Origin: the human T2T-CHM13v2.0 reference genome, Homo sapiens | Assembly (NCBI RefSeq): GCF_009914755.1 | Contig: NC_060938.1 | Direction: 5' to 3' (one strand) | DNA length: 64,000 nt | Shown: positions 54,634-64,000 of the stretch, one piece after another | Numbering within the stretch: the first letter of the stretch is position 1 | How the letters are laid out: every line of letters starts with the position of its first letter | Made by a program: the position numbers and the translations under genes | Notes under the pieces: model-generated | Databases searched by the model: none | Seen by the model: only the letters and a program-made list of their open reading frames with translations | Told to the model about the DNA's origin: nothing

Positions 54634-56477
54634 ATATATCTTTAAGATCATTAATATTATGTTTTATTCTAAAAAGAATCTATCAATTAACCCCTTCATT
54701 GATGTTTTAAATCTCAGTGTATAGCACCTATTTATAAACCTCTGGTCATTTTTATGTATTTTCTGCTTATTTCCAGTATTCTATTATACTCTGATTATTT
54801 AAAAAATCCTTTCTTTTTAACCATTTGCTATGTAACTACTTATATTCCATATCTAGTATTTCCAATATTTGAAATCTTTGGGTCTTCATTGTATGATGTT
54901 GTTTGCTGATTTGATCCCTAAAATTTTTATTTCTTTTTGTTTTTTGTTTTAATTTTAAATGAATATTTTATTCAATTTAATCTGTGGGAATCCTGAGGGT
55001 CTAAATTAGTGATGTTGTCACTAATGGAGATTACTGGCATTTTTTTGTGTGTGTGGTGGGAACTGTAGCATAATTCACTTGGTACTACATTCATTACTTT
55101 GGGGCCCTGGTTATATACAGGAAATTCAGATTCAGTTCCTCAGCTTATTCTGGACTTGAGGCTGAGTTCCTAGAGCTGTTATTGGAACTTTGACCCCTTT
55201 CATTGCTTACTAGCTCATAATTTTCTCCTAAGTGAACTCGGAAATTTTCCAGTTTACTTTTATCCAAGTAATGCTTCAAACATACATGTTTGTTGTACTG
55301 CACACAAGATCTGGTTATATTGTAACATGAAATTCCATTAGAGAATTCAATCTAACTATTGCTGGCTACAGATGTCATATTCTACTTCTCTTTTTAGCTA
55401 CCTTTCTGCTTTTCATAGGACAGAAAAAATGGCTTATAATTGACAGATACAGGGATATTCTCAGGAATTTAGTGGAGTTGTTCTGTAGATATTTTTAAGA
55501 ATTCCAAACTGACATGTATATATTGTAGAAAATATTGTATATATATGTGTATATTGTAGATAATGTAGGTGAGAAAAAGTTCATAATGAAACACAAATAA
55601 ACATCACTTTAGGTATCAGCCAGAAACCTTACAGGAAAGTGAAGTTGAACCATAAAGCATAACCCAGAATCAATAGATCAGCATCTTTCCCCTGCAAGTA
55701 CTGTTGTGGCAATTGCTTTCAATACTATACTCCCCGAGGACATTAAGAAGTAGCTACACACACTCATGAGTTACCGTAAAGTGTATGAGTCTCTCTAGAA
55801 GAATTCAAGGGAGTTCCAGATTGACTCTGATTTTTCCAGGACTTTCACTAGGACTTGGAATGCCTGGCGGCTCCCTAACATTTATTTCCCCAAAGGATTG
55901 CAGGTTCAGAAATGAATGTGACCCCAGAGCAAGGGCTACTATTTGTAAGGTTTTGGCTTTGTTTTTCTCCTTTAAACCCAGTTAAAATTTTGCAAACTTC
56001 CACTTCCTTAGATTTTCTCAATATTCCTAAGTAGAATAAAGCATAGTCAGAGGCACCAAAGAAGCACATACCAAATAGAATATGAATCAGGGCTCTATTC
56101 ATTCTGATAATTGTATGTTATATTGAGTCAGTCAGGCTTTCGTAGTGAACTGAGACCTGCAAAGTCTTTATTAGAATAAACTAAAGTGGTATAGCATATT
56201 AATGGTTCAGAAAAAAACAATATATGCGATATATGTCTTTAAAAATAAGAATAATGAATGTACATTTTCTAGTTTAAGAAAAGAGAAATTATATTATGTA
56301 ATCCTGGCATTTAACATTAACTCAGCAAATATTCATTGCACATTGATTATTTTCTAGGCACTACCCTAAATACTGAAGATACAGTGCTAAAAAAGGCAGG
56401 TGAGGTGCTTATGATGATATAGAATAACACTCAATAAAGTCATCTTCCTGATAAGTAATATGAAGAAGATGATCTAA

Positions 56478-56841
<364 letters not shown>

Positions 56842-56879
56842 CACTTAATATTATTATTTTTATAACACATATTAGTTTA

Positions 56880-57043
56880 TGATCCTCCAGATTACAGTTG
56901 AAAACTGCTGGTATATGTTCAATATATTATTATAATTATACATATATTATTATAATTATATAATATCATTATAGTATATGATTATATTATTATAATACGT
57001 TGAACATATTACCAGCAGTTTTCAACTGTAATCTGGAGGATCA
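56880..57043. repeat. Inverted repeat: 43/44-bp arms around a 77-bp AT-rich spacer
   Basis: tgatcctccagattacagttgaaaactgctggtatatgttcaa versus ttgaacatattaccagcagttttcaactgtaatctggaggatca (one 1-nt indel). Confidence 0.97.
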
Positions 57044-59399
57044 GGAAACACTATTCTCATAAGTGACATTAAAGTTGAGAACTAAAGTTTGAATTAGCTG
57101 GGACGTGAGACCAGTGAAATAAGGGGGTATATCACTCATGCTTTAGGAGGCATAACTGAGAGATTTATTGTCATGACACTTCAGATGTGGGCCTTGCCAC
57201 ATAGGTTCCAGGAAAGCAGAAAGAGAGAAAAAAAAATGTAGCAGGGATTTAGGAAGAAGTCGAGAGAAGCAGAAAAGGCCTGAGAAGTAAGTAAATAAAT
57301 CCTGGTAAGCACAGACTAGTATCTGGAAATAGAAACCCATCAGAGAATGGTACACTTAGGTCTCTGATGAGAGGGGAGAAATTAATGGATTAAGAGAAAA
57401 GAAAACTGGCTCTGAAAGGAAAACAGCTCCTGAGAGAGAAGTTCAAATTCCAAGAAAAAAACAACTAAGAGAGGTGGCAGGAATTTGGAGCTAGTCCCAG
57501 ATCAGCTGCGTTTTATCACCTTCCAGCTTCTGCCATCCATTAGAGAGTTATGGGAAGGAGGGAACCCGAGGTCCACTGAGGCTCATTGAGTTCATGGATT
57601 GATATTAAGATTTCCCAGGTTAGAAGTTTGAAATGATGGTCTGTCTAACTGCTTTAACAGTACCACACACAGCTGAAAAGAAAAGATAGAATTCATTATT
57701 TTGAAGTTGAGAAAAGGCTGTACATATGGACTAGTATATCATCTACCGAAGTGTCATTGGTCAAACACTTTATTGCATGTATTTCCAGATTTCTTTTTTA
57801 AAATATAATTTTACTACTTATTTTTACCTAAGTAAGATTATTTGCAAATAACTGTGTGTAGACCAATAAACTATCATTCATCTCATCAAAATATAAATAT
57901 TTATAAAGTATATCAGAAACTCTGTAGAGAAAAAGTAATGCATATAATTTTTAAATACAAAAATTAAAAATAATTATATCTTATTCTATATTATCTAAAA
58001 AATTACAGGTCCTTTTCATAAATATACAACAAAAGGATTTTTGCAACTAAGAGTGAACGAAAAGGAATAATTCAAGGTTAAAGAATTGTGGGACGAATCG
58101 AAGAAATTTAATAGGAAAAAGAAAAATAACTTTTTTTAATGCCAAATACTCTGGAACATAGACAATAAAAAGTAGTACTGCAGAGCTGTGATTTCCAGTC
58201 TTGTTTTTTAAAGCCAAAAAGAATTTGGAAAGTCAAAAAAGACTTCAGTATTTTCTATCTACTTAGCAACTGTTGAGTTAAGCCAAATAGTCTTTACTTG
58301 AGGACTTTATAGAGGCTTTAATAAGCAAGTTAGCAGAATATACAAGCAAGAATAGAGTGTAGAGTGTAAGAATTCCTCATACTTACTTGGCTGCATAATG
58401 TTAACCATTAGCTCATTTCATTAAACAAAAAGATAATTAATATATTATTTGATAGCAATATTTCCTGAAATATAATTTGAAAAGGACTGCTGTTAAAAGT
58501 ATGAATTACCAGTTAAGAAACATTTTACTTGAAAGTTAACCCATGTAGCCACATATGATAGCCCATTTCTTTCTTGAACAAAATCAGAATTCAAATACAG
58601 TGGTGCATTTTATTTAAAATAATCAGTTTAGTGTTTGTTTTTAAAGTGATATCTAAGTATTATTTCCTAGGATTGAACAGTTTTATGTAAAGAAATATTT
58701 AAATTATATTGTCTTATATTCAAAGTGTTCAGGCAATGCATAACTTAAAATGTCAGTTCCCAATATGTAAAAAAAAAAAAAAGATTCACAACATAGCCAT
58801 AACAATAAACCTAACAGTCAATCCCTGTACTTTTTAAGCAAAGGGAGTGCCACCCAAAAATAGGCTACAGTAAGCCCGAAAGAAGTGGGAATATAGAAGA
58901 CTCCATGTGCAAGAGAGTGGGGAACACAGAGGTGAGGTGAGATATACGGTAGGCCACACTGCATCCATTCATACTCATGTCCTTGCTGACTCTTCCTGCC
59001 CTGATACTTTCTCATCCAGCTGGTAAAGCCTTACTCATCAAATATCAACTTCTCTAAGAGCGTTAACTTACCTGCTCAAGAAACATTTGCTCTTAGTCTC
59101 TGTATCTTTGAGATGCCTTTGAGGTGCTTTGTACATTTGTAAATATTCCTTATGTTAAATACAAACATGAGTAAATGTGAAGAAACATGGTGAATCATGT
59201 ATTTCCTACCCTAGCACATAGCCATGCATGGAGTAAGGTATTCAACTTATGCTTCTTGAGGTTCTCAATAAGAATATTACAGGTGGAAATAAATTTTGTA
59301 AAGGGAAGATAACAATACGTCTAACTCAAAATCAACTTTCCTAAACCTCTTAGTTACAATTAATCAATATGCTTACGGCCTATGTCATATGGAACAGAA

Positions 59400-59627
59400 G
59401 AGAGAGTGGCAAACTTTTTCTGTAAAAGATCAATAATAGTAACTTTTTAGAATTTGCAGGCCCCTAAGGTTGTCGTTACAACTACTCAACTCTGCCTACT
59501 GTTATAATGCAAAAGTAACCAGACAGAATATGCAAACAAATGCACCTGGTTCTGTTTCAATCAAAGCATTTTTAAAAATAGGAGGAAAGCCAGATTTGGC
59601 CTTCAGGCTATAGTTTGCTGACACCTG
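59400..59627. mobile_element. MER58A hAT-Charlie MITE
   Basis: ggcaaactttttctgtaaa ... caactactcaactctgcc ... ccagatttggcc..caggctatagtttgctgacacctg. Confidence 0.85.
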
Positions 59628-59779
59628 TTATAGAAGATAGAATTTGAATTAAAATTTTGCAATATCTGCCTTAGTAAAACTTTTTTAAAGATTATGATTA
59701 ATTAAAATGTCAACAGTTATGTGAAGATGTTACAAAAGTGCTATTTAACACAAAGGAAATACAAACAATTGGTAGCATA

Positions 59780-62720
59780 ATTAAAACAATAGAGAAAAGT
59801 AACAAAGACAAGTTAGTTATTTGAAGAGATTATAAGATTGAGAACTGCCCCCTACCCACACACACAATGAATAAGATAAAAGAGAGAAAGGAAATTACAA
59901 TATCAAGAATTAAATTGAATATATCACTTTAGGTTCTACAGTCATCAAATAGATAATAAGAAAGGAGCAAGTAATTTATGGTAACACATTTGACACTTTA
60001 GTTAAAACAGAAATATTCTTAGAAAAACAGGTTAACAAAAGCTAACACAAAAAGAAAAAAATGCTGAATAACTTTATATCTAACAAAAGCTTAAATCATT
60101 AAATAAAAAGAACCTTCTATGCAGGAAATTTCAGCCATATATGCTTTTACTGAAACATTTATGGAAGAAATAATGTCAACCTTATATATACTTTCCTAGA
60201 AAATACAGAACAAATAATTTTTATTAAAAGTTCATCAATAAATATATATTTTTTTCTTTAATAACTGTCCTTCAATAATGTCTCTGTTGAACTCCAATTT
60301 TTCATTACATTCTAGGTCCTTTTGCCACATCTTTTTTCCCAGACTCCATAAATTTTCAGTTACCATAGTGGTCTAATAGTAACTCTTGGCTACTATAGTG
60401 GCCTAATTTTGGTATTTAGAACTCATTCTTTTTCATTAAAAATCTCTAATCCTGAACTTGATTCAGAGGTTATCTCGTATTCTCTATTGCAGCACAGGTA
60501 TCCCTGCTTGTAGTAAGCAGAGGGTGTGATCTGGCTTGGAGGTACTCCTATCCCCACCTAAGACCTGGGTGCTTCATTGTCGGGGACCAGAAGCAGGATA
60601 GGAGAGGCAGAAATCTCCATGGCTCCATGACTGGCCACATGCTGGTGGTGGAGAGGTATCCCTGGACCCCTGAGGTTTGGCAACTGGTCTGATAGCCTCT
60701 GCTGAGGTAATTATTTACACTTAGATACCAGGTGGCCTTTTCTTGAAGAGGTGTTCAGTTCAGTTTCAGCTCCACTGTTGAGAACTATTTATTGTTCAGT
60801 CTGTTTCCACAACCTCTTTCCTGGGCTGGTTGTCTCCTTGACTTGGAAGTGCCTCTGACTGTTGTTCATTTAATAACTTTTGTGTTCTTTCACTTAGAAC
60901 CATGAAAACCACTGAACTCCTCTTCCAACTTCTAGAGGCCATAATGAAACATCTTAGGTACATTTCATGTTACAGATTATGGTTCCTAGAAAGCAGACTG
61001 TGAAGGATACTTGAATGCAGGAAATATTTGGGGATTGCTCTCAGGATTATTGCCCAAGATCAGAGAGCTAGTTGGTAGTGGATGTAACTATGACTATTAG
61101 TAGAATTATCTGATTATAAAATCTGTAGTCTTACATTTCTAATATATCACATTGTTTCCTCAAGTCTCACAGTGTTCTACAGTCAAGCTGTGTATCTCCA
61201 TGTTATTCTTATTAAGTGTGAAATCTGTAGCCTTCAAGGTTGTGATGGCAGAGTAAGAGGCACTTCCCAATAATTTTCACAAGTCAAAATATATCTGATA
61301 CTAAAGCCTGACTAAAACATTGTGAGACAAAAACTTAAACCAATTTCCCTCAGAAATACAGCATCAAAAAAAAAAAAAAAAGTCCTTGGCAAAGTACTGG
61401 CAAGTACAATCCAGCAAAACAAATAAATAAAAATATACAATGACCATTGGAGTTTAGCCCAAGAAATCAAGATTGCTTTAACATTAAAAACTCAGTCAAT
61501 GTAATTTTTTTCACATTAAAAGATAAAGGAGGAAAAAACAATTGATCATCTCAAAGAAGAAACAAAAATCATCTGGTAAAATTAAACTCTATCCATCATA
61601 AACATTTTAGCAAGGCAAAGCAGGAGTTGAGAAAAATTTCAGCAATCTGACAAACTGCATCTTTAAAGACAAATGAACGAACAAACAAACAAAAAAGTAA
61701 TAGAGTATTGAGTGTGTTTCCTTTATGATTAAGAAAAGGCAGAGATGCTTAACTTTGTGACTTCTATTGCATATCAACTTCTATTAAATATTGTTGTGAA
61801 AGGTATCAGTAGTGCAGTAATGCAAGAATAAAAACAGAGAGATTAGAATAGAAGAATTAAGAATGTGTTTAATACAGAAGACAGTTTGCATCAAAAGCTT
61901 AAAAATTTTAAAAACTCAGGAATGGAAAACCAAATACTGTATGTTCCCACTTATAAAGGGGAACTAAGCTATGGGTACACAAAGGGATATAGAGTGGTAT
62001 AATGGTCACTGGAGACTCAGAAGGGCAGAGGGTGGGAAGGGGGCAGGGATAAAAAATCGACTATTAGGTACACTGTATACACTATTTGGGTAACTGGTAC
62101 ACTAAAAGCCCAACTTTACCATTTTAGTAGTTATCCATGCAACCAAAAATTACTTGTATCCATAAAGTTATTGAAATAAAAATTACAAAAAAACCCTCAA
62201 AACACCAACCCACTGCTAGAATTATAGTAAAGGATGTTAGTAAGAATGTAGGCTGTAAAGTCAATACACAGAAATCAATTGCATTTTTATTTAGTAGTAC
62301 AAATAACTGGAATATGTAATAAAATTATGTTTACATGATCAAAAATATTACATCAATAGGAATAACTAAATACATGTAAGACTTCTACAGTGAAAGTAGC
62401 AAAACACTACCAAGAGAAATTAAAGAGGATTTATATGAAAAGAGTTGACCATGTTTATGTATTGGAAATTTTAACGTTGTTAAGATGTTAGTTTCCCCGA
62501 CGAATTAATAAATTTATAGAAATTCTTATTAAAATTCCAACAGCTTTAAACATACATAAATTAAGAAGTTGATTCTAAAATTTATATGGAAATTCAAAGA
62601 ATCCAGAATAGTAAAAGTTATCTTCTTTAAAAAAGAACAAAGCACATTTACACTATTTTATTTCAAGACAGTGTAACTCTATTAGTCAAGATTGTATGAG
62701 ATTGATGTGAACATAAATAG
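59780..62720 (+). mobile_element. Old L1M ORF2 fragments (about 59780-60230 and 61260-62720)
   Basis: ORF 62137-62319 contains SKNVGCKVNTQKSIAFL; ccaagagaaattaaagagga and gttgattctaaaatttatatggaaa ORF2 motifs. Confidence 0.65.
61915..62192 (+). mobile_element. L1PB (PB3/4-like) 3' end
   Basis: gaatggaaaaccaaatactgtatgtt...gctatgggtac...agagtggtataatgg...ggagactcagaa...ttgaaataaaaa. Confidence 0.8.
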
Positions 62721-63239
62721 TACAGCAGAAGAGAGTGACCAAGAACATAGTAAGTTCTCAATTAATGTTTGTTGATCAAATCAGAAATAAATATTTTTCT
62801 TCTATTCCTCTTTCCTATCTCCTTCTGGTGATTTTTATTGGCAAAAGGTAATAGGGATACACCTAGTAAAAGAGGAATGTATTTTAAGGAGTCAAGTCAT
62901 AACCCATCCAAAAGCAGATGTTGAGGTGTGCTTTTGGGGTTGAGAGGCAATAATTTGAAAACGGATACAGCATCTTTGTCTTGCATCCAAATATAGAGAG
63001 AAATAGTTCAAGAATTTATAATTTCAATTATGATGCTTATCATAGTTTTGGGGATTTAGTTATCAAGCTAAGCAACTCAACTTTTCTGCTTTTACATTGA
63101 ATTTTTAAGTAAATAAATATTATTTTTAACTGCTTTTTTGTATTTAGAGACATAATTTACCTTCTTTATTCTGTACAAGTGTTGAATCACTTTTATTAAT
63201 TTTCTAATGTTAGGACAAACAAATTTCTAGAAGGAAAAA

Positions 63240-63700
63240 ACAAACGTGAATATGATACATTATTATTTTTATGTGTCACTGGATTTGGATTACTAACACT
63301 TTGTCTATGATTTTTCTATCTACATTTGTTACATCTCAAAGTTTGAAATTGGCCAGTATTTTCCTTTCTCACGTTGTCTTTGTTGGCTTTTGGTATTAAG
63401 TTTGTATTTGCCTGAGAGTTTTCCCTCCATTTTATACTCTAAAATACTTTCTGCATGTTTATAATTATTTATAATTTGAATATTCTGTTAAATTCATCTC
63501 AAAAATCCAATTTGTTTAGGGCTTTCTCTTGGGTAAGTTTTCACTGCTTAATTCATTTAATAGTTATAAGATTATTATTTCTCTGTTTCTTATTAAGGCA
63601 TTTTAAAAGTATATTTCTTCTACATTTAAATAGTTCTCCTAAATTTATAAATTATAGTAAATGTGTTTTCAAATTATATAGGAATATTAAAATATTTCAA
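63240..63700 (-). mobile_element. Old L1M fragment
   Basis: ctggatttggattactaa...ggcttttggtattaagttt...ttctgttaaattcatct is antisense ORF2-like. Confidence 0.55.
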
Positions 63701-63726
63701 GAGTATAAAAAGATAACATAAACCTT

Positions 63727-64000
63727 GTTTAAAAATGCATAGCACTTCTCCCTTCACTCTTTCTCTCTCTTGCTGTGCCATGTGAAGATTATGCCTGCTT
63801 CTCCTTCACCTTCTGCCATCATTGTAAGTTTCCTGAGGCCTGCTCAGCAGTGCCTCCTGTATAGTCTGTGGAACTGTGAGTCAATTAAATCTCTTTCCTC
63901 CAAATTTCCCCAGTCTCATGTATGTTTTTATAGCAGTGTGAGAATGAACTAATACAGAAAATTCGTGTCAGATAAATGAGGCATTGCTATAAAGATACCT
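63727..64000 (+). mobile_element. MaLR (MST/THE1) LTR 3' half, followed by the start of the internal region
   Basis: LTR ends ...gaactaataca at 63956, then gaaaattcgtgtcag...ggcattgctataaagatacct, the MST/THE1-int 5' end. Confidence 0.85.

Larger units (their letters stand above)
51880..55360 (-). mobile_element. Fragmented old L1M (antisense ORF2/ORF1), hosting an LTR and an Alu
   Basis: Minus-strand ORFs contain GEFYKTFKEEITPILQKHFERIE and KIDQLLTRFTRGK...KFENLNKIEKLL, typical of L1 ORF2p. Confidence 0.7.

Overview
AT-rich, CpG-depleted simian primate genomic DNA (probably human or great ape; AluY, L1PA and MER85 are present). It is intergenic or intronic and dominated by transposable elements. 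I find no host protein-coding exon, tRNA, rRNA or CRISPR array. The protein-like ORFs are decayed L1 ORF1/ORF2, a pogo/Tigger transposase, or Alu/LTR read-through. The 8.9-21.4 kb region is a deeply nested TE stack: an old L1M invaded by a near-full-length Tigger4, an inverted L1PA, Alus, MaLR LTRs, LTR8 and LTR9. The most informative signals are structural: (1) an L1 3' transduction carrying 124 bp of GC-rich foreign DNA at 42.6 kb; (2) a twin-primed L1PA fused to a truncated piggyBac MITE (MER85) with apparent target deletion at 45.9 kb; (3) a second twin-primed L1PA with a 16-bp TSD; (4) an Alu-Alu unequal-crossover duplication in a six-unit Alu array; (5) a 43-bp-arm inverted repeat around an AT-rich core at 56.9 kb. 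I cannot support a new biological system from the sequence alone. Repeat subfamily names come from remembered consensus sequences and need RepeatMasker/Dfam confirmation; boundaries of old repeats are approximate.
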